NCBI GenBank assembly: GCA_963693365.1
Contig: CAVNZM010000004.1
Location: 12,552,468 to 12,616,467, forward strand
DNA from: Amoebidium appalachense
Lineage: Eukaryota; Protista; Ichthyosporea
Direction: 5' to 3'
Length of the DNA stretch: 64,000 nucleotides
This document shows positions 50,863-64,000 of the stretch, piece after piece; position 1 is the first letter of the stretch, and every line of letters starts with the position of its first letter. The notes beneath the pieces are model-generated. The model ran no database searches. It was given only the letters and a program-made list of their open reading frames with translations, and was not told the DNA's origin. The translations under genes and the position numbers were made by a program.

Positions 50863-52333
50863 TACACGCAGCCGCACACACATCAACACCGCAAACCGCC
50901 CTCCCATTCGTTTTCTTCTTGCCCCCAACCCACACTTTCCTTTGGTTGATAAGTTACCATATCTCATCCCCAAACCTCTCCAACCCCCCCTCCCCCCTCC
51001 CCCCCGCGCCCCTCCCCCCCCCCCCCCCTCGTTCTATAAGTGAGAGGCGTATTAAAGTATAAATCCCCCCCCCCCCCACACACACACACCCTGTTATCCC
51101 CCCCCCCCCCTTTGCCCTTTCCCTTTCCATCCCCCCCCCCCCCCTCCCCCGCCCCTTCCCCCAGCCCCCGTTCTATTTAACTGAGAGGCTTATTTAAGTC
51201 TAAATCCCCCCCCCCCCCCCCCCACCCACCCACCCCCCGCCCCCTCCCCCCCTCCCCTTTCCCTTTTGCTTCTCCTCACAGCTCAACAATCTGCTGTCCT
51301 TCACCAAACCGGGCACCCAACTCGCAAACATCGGCTGGGGGCTGACTGAAGACAGCAACGGCAATGCGGCCCAATATCTACACCATGTCGATGTAACACT
51401 GTCCGATCCGCTCCGATGTGCACGATTCAAATCACCCCCAATCCCAAATCCCCTACCCAAGACGACAATCTGCGATGCCGGAGTGATTGGAAAAGGCCCG
51501 TGCAGTGGTGATTCCGGCGGCCCCGTTTTTGCAACGATCCCCCCTGCAAGTTCGCAACAAAAGGCTACTGAAGTTCTGGTAGGAATTGTTAGTTTTGGCA
51601 GTGAAAATTGTGATGCAGGGGATCCTACGGTCTTCACCAATGTGCGGTCATACCTCGACTGGATCGGCCAGTACACAAAGTTCAACCAATTGGGTGCCTG
51701 TGTGTCATCCCCTTGTCAGAATGGCGGCACGTGCACGGACACTGATGCTGATTTCTAGTAAGAACCCCTCCCGCGCCCCCTCCCGCCCCCTCCCCCCTCC
51801 CCCCCCCTCCCCCCCCCTCCCCCCCCCCCCCCCCCCCCTTCCTCCCATTCCCATGTGTCCTCCCCCACTATCACTCATACCCTACAACTAGAAAAAGAGA
51901 GTTTGTTGGAAGCTCGCGCAAGAATCAAGTGAATCAGGCAGGCAAGATAAATTTTGAGGCCGAGGAAAGAAAGTGTTTATGTTAGGATATCCGGCCTCCC
52001 GTGTTTGTACAGAGGTGTTTGTTCAAGTGTGTCCACATACCTGGAGAGGGAAAAGAATGGGGCCACTGCCAGGGGACGGGAGGGTGGTCACCCAAACTAA
52101 CGTTCTGTTCACACAAACACAGCTGCAACTGTCCAGCCGGGTGGGGAGGGAAAACATGCAGCCAAAAGGGGGTCACAAACATCCCCGCCAGCATGCGCAA
52201 CAACCAGCAGACACGGGGGGGTGCCCAGGAGACGGGTGCCATCTCCCCTACAAGTGCAGCCAGTGTGGCCGGAATTAGCCCAGCTGCCGTGGGGGGGGTT
52301 GTGGTGTCTGCCGTGGTGGCCATGTTGTTGTGA
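49409..52333 (+). CDS. S1A (chymotrypsin-fold) serine protease with C-terminal EGF domain and probable GPI signal, about 392 aa, 4 exons
   Basis: Exons 49409-49639, 50458-50718, 51282-51757 and 52123-52333 total 1179 nt. Signal peptide, then IYGG, CGGMLISPNWVLTAGHC, NDIQLVKL and GDSGGP. EGF CVSSPCQNGGTC...YCNCPAGWGGKTC is split across a phase-2 intron. Hydrophobic C-terminus AAVGGVVVSAVVAMLL*. Confidence 0.93.
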
Positions 52334-52657
52334 TAGAGTGGATGTGTGATTACGGTAATTGGTGTGTTCATGTGTTGTGTGTACGCGTGTGTGTGCGCGG
52401 GCACATGTGTGTGTGTGGGCCTGTGTGCACTAAGCTTTTTCGTATGGGTATATGTTGACAGGGCATGTGCATGACTGTGAGCGCCTACAGCCACCGACTT
52501 ACTGGTAGGTGGCAGTAGTTTACTGAATTAATTCCTGTTTATGTCCTTCTTTTTTCTTTCTTTCTTACCTTCATTCATTTTTTTTGGGCACAACAGTGTG
52601 ACCGTCGTAATACTATGCTATCAATAACCGTGGTTAGACTGATTGGAGGGGGCGGGG

Positions 52658-52696
<39 letters not shown>

Positions 52697-52749
52697 CTGT
52701 AGTCCCATCATACTCCAGTAGATGGTTCTTGAGTGCCTCAGATTGAATA

Positions 52750-53070
52750 ATGAACAGGATATTATTGTACATAGAAGTTCCGTATGGACATGAGACAATG
52801 CTTTTCTGTATGACCTTGTTATGTTTATCAAGCAATCATAGTATTCTTTGTAAACATAACAATTATGTCGAACAAGATGCACAATGTACTTTCTTGTTTT
52901 CTCTTGTTTTCCTTTTTGAACACTTAAGACACCAGTCTCCAGAATGGACAGCAAGCCAGTTATGTGAACTATACTGTAGCATAGGTTTGGGCCAAGTCCC
53001 AATAATGCCAATGTACATTGCATCGTGTGAACAGGACGAAAACTTAGAAATATACCTTGTTTGCACCTCA
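52750..53070 (-). mobile_element. Possible degenerate non-LTR retrotransposon 3' fragment
   Basis: The minus-strand peptide YVYKEYYDCLINITRSYRKALSHVHT loosely resembles the C-terminal YL..I....R..LS.FR region of LINE ORF2. No RT core motif is seen. Confidence 0.25.
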
Positions 53071-53285
53071 ATTTCTGAAGTTCGAGAGCGTGGTTCTCAA
53101 ATTGGACTACACTGCCGTCTGTAAGTGGTGGGCGGATACCGGGACAGAGAGGCTTTTAATCCCCCCCTCCCTCCCCCCCTCCCCCCGCAAACCGCAAAAA
53201 AAGAAAAATAAAAAGAAAAAAAAAAAAAGGAGAAGAAAAAGAAAGAAAAGAAGAAAAGAAAAGAAAAGAAAAGATTCACCCATGG

Positions 53286-53318
<33 letters not shown>

Positions 53319-54884
53319 ACCCACACACACCGTGACATACGCACCCACACACACTCTCACTCACCCCCCCTGCACGCACGGGCACACACACACACATACA
53401 CACACACACACACACACACATATCCACACATAACGTACACACACACACGTACACCCCGATCCACACAGTGTATACACTACACCCGCACACAACGTTTGTC
53501 GCACCATTTCCTTTTCAAGTGACCCGCACGCAGCATGCGTTCAGTTCCGGCAAGGAATAGCAATGGCCTATACAACCTGTACAGAGAGACTCACGTGACC
53601 CACTATGTACGTATAGCAAACATGAACCAGAGCAAGTAAAGGCACAAAGGCAGGCCCTGAACACACATATCTGCACGCTTATATCGACTGACATCGCTAT
53701 ACATAGGCATCTGCAAACAGGCGCAGGCCAAACATAAGCTGACACCCACATGCACGGCCCGCCGTACAGTATATATCCACACACACTCTAGATCTTGCAA
53801 AGTTTTGCAACTGCTCCGGCCATGATAAACTTACAACCTGAACAAACCCACTTGCATCTTAGATCTCTGGTTGCACGGTGTGTTTAGTGTACATGTGCGC
53901 AAGTGCAAGTCAATGTTTTTAGCGATGGGGAACGCGACGCAGGTGAGGATTGTAGTGTAACAGTTGGAGGTACCAGGTGAGCCGGTGGTGGGGCAAGGGG
54001 GAGCCCTTATATGGATCCCGGACCGGAGTATGTGCATGGGAAAGACCTCAGCGAGAAAGAGGCAGGAGAAAAAAGGGGGAGGGGGGGGGGGGGGGGGGGG
54101 GAGGAGGGGGCAGATCTGGTGTGGAAGAGGGATCCCCTTGAATCATGTGCTTTTAGTGTGAAGATGAATATATTCTATGCACATGCTAGGCTGAGGCTGT
54201 AAGAAATCACCTGGCCACTGTATGCATGGGGCCAGGGGAGGAAAGGGGCTGGGGTGTCGAGGGCGGAATCATGATAATACTTTGATCTTGCCAGCACTTG
54301 TGTTCTTACGAGGTGAGCAGGTATCACCGGCTTACATTTGCGCCCGTTTATTTAGTTTGCGTTGCAATTGGCTGCATATTGCGGAGGAAAAATTCTTGGG
54401 CAAACCTTCCTGCAATTAGAGTTTTGACAGTTCATCTTACGAGGTTGATATGTGTGTGAGCTATATTTGTGTGCTGCTGTACTTATCAAGTATTACGAGA
54501 AATTGGATGCAAGATCGCAGAAAAACAATGTCAAATAAATATATAGGTCAAGTAACATCGAGAAGCCGATACGTTTCAGATCCTTAAATCTTCAGTCAAT
54601 TTGAGATAGATATATTGAAGAGCAAGGTATTTCGGAATCCGTATATTGAAGCTATCTAAATCGTATCTATCTACAATCACCGACCCCCCCCCCCCCCCCC
54701 CCCCCCCATCCCCTCTATCTCCCGAGGGCGGGTAAAACGATTACAGTATTACCAAGGCGTATGCTGCACAGCATTTGTATACCCCTCCCCCCCCTCCCCC
54801 CCCCCCCCTTCCCCTCCCCCCCCCCCATCCCCCCCTCCCCGCCCCTTCCACCCAATATTTCTATGAATTTCTAATTTATATCTC

Positions 54885-55594
54885 CTATGACGTACTTGCC
54901 ACACCGCTGCTATTGGCGCCTATTTGCTGTGTCGTGGCTACCCCCCCTCTTAGCTGGCTGATTCTAGCCTGTAGCCATGCCACCCTGTCTTGCGCCAGCT
55001 TTTCCCTCTCTCTGGCTGCCACTATTTGTCGCCACAATCGCTCTATCTCACTGCTTGGGTCCTCTCCCTGGAGTGTAAACTGGAAAGAAGTTCAAGTCAG
55101 TCCACACATTGTCCCCCCTCCCCCCCCCCCCCCCCCCACACACACACATACACACTCTCTCTCTTTATGCATAGGCTTTGAAAACACGGTTACCCGGTTA
55201 TCCCAGTGCCTTTCACGCGCCTCCACCAACCTCCGCGCACTGCCCCGTGGAAGCCCTCCGTTTCCACCCTTCTCATGAAAAAATTGCTTACTGAATATAT
55301 GTTACCCCCCCCCCTCACCCTCTCCCCCCCTCCCCACACACACACTCCCCTCCTTGCCTGCTCTTTCCAAAGAAGCAACCCCCCCCCGCCCCCCTCCCCA
55401 CCCCAGTAAGCCAGTTCTTCTTTCATGACCATCCCCACTCCCCCCCCCCCCCCCCCCCCCCCCCTCTCCTCCACCCACACCCACACAAGCGCATGCACGC
55501 GCACACACACACACACAACCCCCCCCCCCCCCCCCCCCCATCCACACACACACACCCACACACACGCAAGCATGCAACTATCGTGCGCACGAAA

Positions 55595-55636
<42 letters not shown>

Positions 55637-56677
55637 TTTCTGCACAAACAGTCGAGCAAAAAGCACCACCATGCCAAACCTATACCGAGGGCCATGTCCA
55701 CCCACCCATTCACCCCCCGCCTACCCTCCAATGTGCCCGGTCCTTTCTTAACAATCACCCCTAACCCATACAAAAACACACACACACATACAGGCACACA
55801 CTTTCCCCGGCACACACACCCGAACACATACTCATATGCAGGCACAGACGCACTCGGGCAGCCCTCTGCCCCCTCCCCCCCCCCCCCCCCCCCCCCCCCC
55901 ACCTTCCGGATACCTGCCCCCGGGATACACACACATAATCGACCACAAACACCAGCACGTCCACACCCACGGGCTCACATCCATCCTTCAACTCCCCCCC
56001 CCCCCCCCCCCCCGGCCCCTGCTCCCTCCCTCCCCCCCCCCCCCCCTCCCCTCCTCTCACTCTCCCCCCCCCCCCCCCCCCCCCTCTCCCTGTCCCCCCC
56101 TTCCCACCTGCAGCTTGAGCTGGTCGTTTATAGCCTGGGCCCTAGCAGCCAGCTCCTCGGCCATCTTGAGGTGGCTCTGGGTCACATCCAATGAGTGGGC
56201 TTGCAGGGCTGGGCCCTCCACCGTGTGACCTATGGTGCGGCACAGGTCACAGATGGTGGCTCGTAGCGCCTCCAGCATGCTGGGGTCGATGGGGTGCGGT
56301 GTGTCCTGCATGGTTTGCGGGTTAGAATTAGAAATACGGTACGGAGCACAAGTACATGGGGAGAAACACAGTGCAGGGAGTGGGTTGTGTGGGCGGTTGG
56401 GTGTGGGCGGAGGGGAGATGGATGGGGACGGACGGGCCGAAATTTGTTAAAAACAAAAAGGTAGGTTTGGGTCCTCTGTCCCTCTCTATCATCTTAAAAG
56501 AGAGAGAACCTGAGTAGGTGGATGTGTGTGTGGGTTGGGGAGAAGAGAGAGGGGGAGGGGGGGGGGGGGGGGAGTGACGTGTTTTTCACACGTGTCCCCA
56601 TCTCAAAGGGACAGGAAACGTTTAAGGGAATTGTGGTGATGGAGGTGTGCGTGTGCGGGCAAGCGGGTGCACACCTT

Positions 56678-56717
<40 letters not shown>

Positions 56718-56750
56718 TTAGTGTGTGTGTGTGTGCGTGTCGGATACCCG

Positions 56751-56791
<41 letters not shown>

Positions 56792-57316
56792 GGCTGATGG
56801 ACGAGGCAAGAAATGGCAAAGTGGAGAACTGAAAAAGGATAGCAGAATCGACCGTTGTTTCCTCACCACGTCTTTTTGCAGTAAATCTTTTCCAACCATC
56901 CTCCAAAACACATCCCCTCCGAGATATTACACATTGCTAAGCAGCAACCTCTTCCCTTCCATCACCACTCCTATGACCCTTCAATCACCACCTGCCTTTC
57001 TTACCCCCCCCCCCCCCCCCCCCCCCCCCAAAACAGATTCACCTTTCGAGCCACAGTGGGAAGTATAGCACTCCATCCTTCCATTCACCACTCAAACTAG
57101 CCTCCAAAACCGCACCACCTCAAACTAATTCTTCCCATCCATTCACCCCCCCTATGACCCATCCACCCCCACATTTACCTTCCTAGCCATCTCCAGCAAT
57201 ATGGCCTGTGCATCCTCAGCCAGTTTCTCTAACCCCCTGACCTGCGCCTTCAGATCATCCATGCTCTTGCCCTGCCCCCGCCCCCGCTGAGCATTCTTCT
57301 TGTCCTTGCTGCCCAT
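54885..57316 (-). CDS. Hypothetical coiled-coil protein, about 172-198 aa
   Basis: Minus-strand exons 57316-57179 (MGSKDKK...MDDLKAQVRGLEKLAEDAQAILLEMARK), 56305-56108, an optional 55271-55194, and 55067-54885 (EIERLWRQIVAAREREKLAQDRVAWLQARISQL). All junctions are phase 0 with heptad-like composition. An upstream UTR-exon donor is likely near 58948. Confidence 0.65.
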
Positions 57317-57549
57317 CCTAATGCACTGTGTGAAAGATTAAGTATGTGTACGTGTACACAGGCACAGGGACAAAGACACATAAGCACACACATAGAGGTA
57401 CGAGCGGGAACAGACGCATAAACACACGTGCACAGCACACACAGGCAGGGAAGGTGTGTATGCTTGAGTGTGCCCACATCCACAAGACACACACACACGA
57501 CAGCATAAGCACACGTGCACACACACATAAACACACGCACACACACATG

Positions 57550-57580
<31 letters not shown>

Positions 57581-57786
57581 ACGCACCCCCCCCCCCCCCC
57601 CCCCCCCCCCCACACACACACACATACACAACCGTGTGCACGCAAACATGCACATTCTATTTACATACACATATGTGCATGGGAGCGTATATTCACAAGC
57701 ACGTTTGCTCGAGGCACACACGCAAGTACAAAATGTCATAACAGAGGTGTCAGTACAGGGATGAAATCAACAAGCAATAGACAAAG

Positions 57787-57819
<33 letters not shown>

Positions 57820-58842
57820 ACCCCCCCCGCCCTCCCCTCTCCCCCCCCACCCTCTTCTCCCCCCAACCTCACCACCACCACTGCACACATCTGAGCACGA
57901 TACACACGACCAGCGCAAACCACAGTACACCAGTACAGAAGGCAATAATGGTTGGGAAGCAGCGCGAGGACGCGCTCTGGGGAAGGAGGGAGTGAATGGG
58001 GTAGCAGGGGGACGGGGGGGAGTAAGAGGGTAAAGGGACGGGCGGAGGAGGAGCAGGAAGGGGGAGGGCGGGGTTGTGTGGGACAAAGGGGAGGAGGAGG
58101 AGAGGGGGAGGGGGGAGGGGGAAAGGGGGGATTGCTTCTGTTGATATGCAGGCGGCCAAAGTGTGCCCATACACCTGCATGTTTTTGGGCACACACACAT
58201 ACACAAATGCACACACCCACACCCACCCACCAACACCCACACCCACACCCACACGCACGCACGCACAGACACACATACCCGCACACACAACCAACGGGCG
58301 CACTCACACCTCCCCCACACACATGCACACAATCTACCCACCCATACCCACACCACATATACAACGTACAGGCATGCAGGCATACACACATGTTCACACA
58401 AGCAAGCAGGGACACTCCCTCAGATCAACACAGGACACAATCTCCCCCCCCCCCCCCCCCCCCCCCCCCACACACACACGGGCAAGTACATGCACGAATG
58501 CAAGTGCGCGCGCACACACACACACTCCGCGCATACCTTTGCGTGCAGGCGTGACGCAAGCACACACAAGCGCAAACATATCCCCGACATGTTTCAGAGC
58601 ACAGAGAAAAGGTGAAACAGCTCAACGGCTTGCTACAAAAAAAACCCAAGCAACAACAAACAAACACAGAGCCCGGTTGCAAGTGCGGCATACAACCATT
58701 GCAATCAATTCGTTGCCAACATACTCAACGAGCACCTTCCACCTCCAGCCTTCCAGCGCACAGTCACACTCAAGCGCTCACTTCTCTGCCCCTAACACAC
58801 GTAGACCAGCAGCTTTCTTGCTCTTCCTCTCTCCTCCCTCAC

Positions 58843-58877
<35 letters not shown>

Positions 58878-59794
58878 CACCACCACCACTACAGACACAC
58901 ACACGAAAGCACACACGCACACACCTACACAGACACACACACACTCACCTACAGGCCACAAAAGCCTCTCCACAGCTACTTGAAGACCGTTTGCCACTAA
59001 GGGCTGCTTGGGCTCGTTTTTTCGCGCAGCCTTTTGCTGAATCAACCAAAGAGTGTTTGAGTAAACATGACCGGGTCGTTGACAAAAATCCCTCTTCAAT
59101 GAAACCAGCTCGAAGCCTCAGATCTATAGATGTCAGGAGTGGCTAAAACGGCAGGAGTCCGGAATCGACCACTTGGTCCGTGAACTATGGGTAAATACCC
59201 AGAATTCTGGCTCATTTGGGCGTCAGATGTGAAAATTGAGGTGCTTCAGAAGCGTACAGGCTCTTTTGGTTTCCGGAAGAATGAATGTTCATACACCTTC
59301 ACATCTGGCCCCGAAACCCCAAGTTTGCTGAAGCGTGATGGGGATGACGCCAGCACTAAAAAGGGTACAGTAGAAGTGTCTATATTCAGTCCAGACATGA
59401 AAAAGAAAAAAGTCTGAGGCGTTTGTGATGGAAACCTTGCCAGATACTGAAAAGAATGCCCGCAGGCCTACAAATAGAGCACCCGGATCTGTTCTTGTCA
59501 CAAGGCCGCACAGAACCCCACGATTCGCGCTTCTTCGTACAAATATGCAATGCCCTCCAAAATCGAATGTCATATATACTGTGCTCTTTATAAGCGAAGG
59601 ATGCACATCAACATGTAAACTTTGCAGAGGCCACTGAGCCGGAAGTGTGACCTTCGCAGGCGCAGTTCCTGTTCTGCCTCGGCTGCACGCTGAAAAATGC
59701 CCTTTACTGATTGGCTCAAACTGCACCACAGTTCCTGCATTTTGATTGGTTCATTCCAAAGGCCGAGTCGACCGACACAACCGTGGCGCACGTG

Positions 59795-59863
<69 letters not shown>

Positions 59864-61107
59864 CAGACACACACACAAACACACACACACACACGCACAC
59901 GCACACGCACACGCACACACACACACACACGTGCACACACACACACACACACACAGTCACATGAATGTATCGTAACATGTGTGTATATGCAGATGCCACT
60001 TAGTAAGTACGTACACAAAAAGGAAGAAGTATCCGTTGGTACCAATAATTATCACGTGCACGCATGATGATAACTTATATACAGCAAACTTGTCTCCGGC
60101 GACCTCGCGAAGACGTGCAATTCGTGCAGTCCATGCATTGTCCTGCTGTAGATGTGCAGCAGCAGTGCAGACCAGTCTCACACACCAGGCTGCCAGCTTC
60201 TAATAAATCACACCATGGATCTTCACTTAACAGCGAGAATGCAATGGGCTCAGCCCATGGCCAGTGTATTACAACAGTATCTGAGACATCCAGTAGAATA
60301 CTTCATGCATTAGAAGGTCAATAAGTCTAAATCTAACTATTAAACTTGGTTGCATACCCGGAGAGACTGAGACAATTTGTGTGTGTGTGTGTGTGTTGGG
60401 TGGGGGGGGAGGGAGGGGGGAGGGGGGGAGTTGTTACTTCAGAAAGCAGTCAGATTAATAACACAATCTGTGCGGCAGAGGACCTGAAATGAAGACTACA
60501 GAGGGAGATTTAGAAGCAACACTGCTGGGGTAGACACTACCGTTTTGGTGATACCACGGCAACGGTTACCAGGTAAGATCACACAAATTCTTATTGCATC
60601 ATCACAACTTTATGACATTCACTAATACATCAACTTTCAAAACAGCAGCCCCCCCCCCCCCCCCCCCCCCCCCCCCGGGGGCCCCCGCCCCGCCCCCCCC
60701 CCCCAACCCCCCGGGGGCAGAAAATGTATCATGTCCCCAAGTCAATCCGGAACACAGTCAAGCATAATAATAAAACTGGGTGACCCAATAAAATTACAAC
60801 CCTTTCATTCATTCTAACACTAAATTTGATATCAATACATGGTCACGATTTGTGTGTCCGTGTATCATAATGTATGTGTGTCTGTGTGTGTGCGCGTGCG
60901 TGCATCCCTGCACATTTGCGCACGTGTGCCTGCGCGTGTGTCCAGGGCAGAAGGAGAGAGGAAGGAGGGAATGTCGAGAAAGAGGGACGTGAACGAGGGA
61001 AGAATTCAGAAATGAGTTTCAACCCATTGTAGATGCAAATAGTTTAAGTCAGACCTGCGTGGGACCCACACCAGACCTGTATCCGGACTAGCAGGTCCCG
61101 ATGCCTA

Positions 61108-61627
61108 CTAATGGGTTGGGGTGAGAGGCAGAAGGGAGCCCAACTTGAAGTGTTGGATGACCGGATACTTGTGCAACACCTCGGCACGATACATCTTAAG
61201 CAGTCCCCTGAATGGAGTTTTAATTACCCGTCAATTATGGTTCTATGCAAGCACAGTGTGTGACAAACACAGTGTGTGTGATGATTTAAGAACAGATAGT
61301 TTGTGTGTAAAACATTTTACTAATCAACAGATAAGATACACGGGTAAAAACTACTTACAGCCGGTAGACATTTCTACACGAACAACTCAGCTGCCTTTAT
61401 TCAAACCTCATTACCGAAACAAATAGTGCCTTATACATCAACCACAGTAATGGGGCCCCTTCATCGGGAACGAGGAAGCGGTGCTACGAAAATGGGAGGC
61501 TGGGCCACAGCATTAAAGCAAAACGCAGCAGCCGGGTCGCCACAATCAAACAAAGGAGAAGGGGGGGAGGGGAAGGAGGGAAGAGGGGGGGAGGGGGAAA
61601 GAGGGAGGGAGGGGGGAGAGAGAGAGG

Positions 61628-61707
<80 letters not shown>

Positions 61708-62345
61708 GAGAGAGAGCAAGAGAGAGAAAGAGAGAGAGAGGGGGGGGGGGGGGAGTGAGGGAGAGAGAGAGAGGGGGAGGGGGGGGAGGGAGGGAGGGAG
61801 GGAGAGAGCGAGAAAAGGAAACAAAGGGAGGGATGGAGGGGGAGGGGGGGGGGGGAGGGAGGGGGAGAAAGAGAGTGGCGCGGGGGGGGGGGGGGGGGGG
61901 GAAGAGATAGAGGGAGGGGGGGGGGGGGGGGAGGGAGGGGGGGAGAGGGAGGAGGTGGAGGAGAGAGAGAGAGGAAGGGAGAGCGGGAAAAAACGAGAAA
62001 CGGGGGGGGGGGGGGTGGGGGTGGGGGAGGGGGGGGGGGGGGGGGGGGGGTTGGACAAGGGAGATACGAGAGAAGAGAGAGAGAGATGCAGAGGCATGGA
62101 AAGAAGATGTAAAAGCAAGCACCTGTGTGTTCATAACCATTTGCTTGCTTGATTGTTATTTGGTGTTAACATATCCCTCCATGTAGATTGGCGTATGCGA
62201 TGGTGTGTGCACGGATGCGACAAGTTAGGGTGTGTTCGTATGTGCGAGCGCACATGTGTGTGTATGTGTTCGTATGTGTGAGTGTGCGTGGGCAAGCGAG
62301 TGAGTGAGCGAGTAAGTGTGAGTGTGAGTGAGTGTAAGTGTGTGA

Positions 62346-62388
<43 letters not shown>

Positions 62389-63438
62389 TGTGTGTGGGTG
62401 TGTGTGTGTGTGTGTGTATGTGTGTGTTTGTTGGGGATTCAATAACACTTACCCGTTCACCTTCTCCCACTGCTCCACACCGCTGATGTCCCACAGCATT
62501 GGTGAGTGCTCGGCAAAGGGCCCCTTCTTCACCTGCATAGTGCTTCCACAGTCAGTGACATGATACAAAGCAAGTGTCATGCCCAATCAAAAGGTCCCCC
62601 CCCCCTCCCCCCCTCCTCCTTCCCCCCCAACACACACACACACATCCACCCACCGCACACACCAAGCCCCCATGAAATACAAACGTACATTCACACTGCC
62701 CCCCTCCCCACCACATGCGTGCGCGCGCACACACACACACACACCACCACCAACACACTTAAATTCCAAAAAGACCTTCTTCGTGCTTTGGGCTCGCCAG
62801 TCATTCACATGTGTACTTAAAACAACTCACCAACAAGCCCACACATTTTCTCATGCTTACGTCTCACTTTATCCTTCAACATTTGCACTGCTGTTTTTTT
62901 TTTTTTATCCCCCCCCCCCCAAAAAAAAAATAAAAAAAATAAAATAAAAAATAAATAAATAAATAATAAATAAATAAATAAATAAATAAAAAACAAGACA
63001 CAAACACACACACCACACACAGACATTGACACACACACACACGGACCCCTCCCCTCTCCCCCCCCCCCCCCCCCCCCCCACCCTCTTTTCTTTTTCTTTT
63101 CTTTTCTTTTATTTATTTCTTTTCTTTTCTTCTTCTTTTTCTTCTTCTTCTTCTTCTTCCTTTTTTTTTTTTTTTTTTTTAGGGGGGGGGGAGGGGGAGA
63201 GGGGGGGGGGGGGGGGGGGGGAGGAGGGAAAGAAAGAAAAAAAAACAAAAAAGGGAAGAGAAACCCTTCGTTTTCAACAAGAGCAACACAACCGAAGCAC
63301 CATCCATTCCCACACGTAGCCAGCCAGCACACGCTACCTTGAGCAGATACTGGATGGCAGCCAGAAACAGATACTCGTCGGCATGTTGGTTGCACACGGC
63401 TGGATTGGGGAAGTCTTTGGGCCTAATATCGCTATGGC
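61108..63438 (-). CDS. PTPA: Serine/threonine-protein phosphatase 2A activator (PTPA/Rrd), last three exons; the 5' part lies beyond the window
   Basis: Minus-strand exons 63438-63338, 62532-62453 and 61207-61108 encode ...EYLFLAAIQYLLK-VKKGPFAEHSPMLWDISGVEQWEKVNG-GLLKMYRAEVLHKYPVIQHFKLGSLLP. This is the diagnostic PTPA C-terminus. Confidence 0.95.
61555..62095. repeat. (GA)n / poly-G purine tract in the last PTPA intron
   Basis: About 540 nt almost exclusively A/G on the plus strand. Confidence 0.9.
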
Positions 63439-63629
63439 CTGCACAGGAGATGGTGTTAGGTTCTTTTTGTCCTAATTGGAATTAGAAATGTAATAGAGTT
63501 GTATAGATGGCAGTTCAATGCACTAGGGGTAGGGCAGAAAATGCATGCATAGGGTGTCGATTGAGGGTGTTTATAGGTGGTGTACAGTGTAAGTTGTATG
63601 AAAGTTTGAGTGAATTGTGAGAGTAGGTG

Positions 63630-63790
63630 GGGTGTGTGTGTGTGTGTGTGTGCGTGTGTGGGTGCGCGCGCGTGTGCGTCTGTGTGTTCCTGTGTCTGTG
63701 TGTGTTTGTGTGTGTGTGCCTGTGTATGTGTGTGTTTGCCTCTCTGTGTTTGTCCATGTGTGTCTGTGTGTGTGTGTTTGTGTATGTGTA

Positions 63791-63837
<47 letters not shown>

Positions 63838-64000
63838 ACGCGCGTGTGTGTTCCTGTGTCTGTGTGTGTTTGTGTGTGTGTGCCTGTGTGTGTGTGTGTT
63901 TGCCTCTGTGTGTGTCCATGCGTGTCTGTGTGTGTGTGTGCGTATGTGTATGTGTGTGTGTGTGTGCGCGCGTGCGCGCGTGTGTGCGTCTGTGTGTTCC
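63630..64000. repeat. (GT)n-derived minisatellite with a ~160-bp higher-order unit
   Basis: The unit gtgtgttcctgtgtctgtgtgtgtttgtgtgtgtgtgcctgtgt...tttgcctct...gtccatg recurs at about 63682 and 63845, and begins again at about 63992. Confidence 0.75.

Noticed and set aside
59187-59417. 76-aa plus-strand ORF ending KKKKV
   Set aside because: No recognisable domain or splice support. It probably overlaps the 5'UTR/promoter of the minus-strand gene.

Overview
Eukaryotic, intron-rich genomic DNA with no prokaryotic or viral features. A C18orf32 homolog, PTPA and an EGF-containing S1 protease suggest an opisthokont, possibly a unicellular holozoan (inference only). Almost all ORF-track entries are artefacts of (CA/GT)n, (GA)n and poly-C/G tracts. 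By joining exons by hand with phase-consistent GT/GC-AG sites I recover nine genes: a secreted S41 (CPAF-like) peptidase, a SelJ/J1-crystallin-like ADP-ribosylglycohydrolase, an ankyrin + DnaJ protein, an orphan ORF, a C18orf32-like protein, an FkbM-family methyltransferase, a protease-EGF-GPI S1 peptidase, a coiled-coil orphan, and the 3' end of PTPA. The most unusual signals are non-coding. About ten 3' splice sites sit directly on (CA)n runs with no pyrimidine tract, one on a tract of about 475 nt. A 39-bp element consists only of TIRs and has an 8-bp TSD. There is also an intronic MITE, two GC-AG introns, and paralogous repeats that appear to capture poly-C tracts at different stages of expansion. 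I found no coherent multi-gene system.
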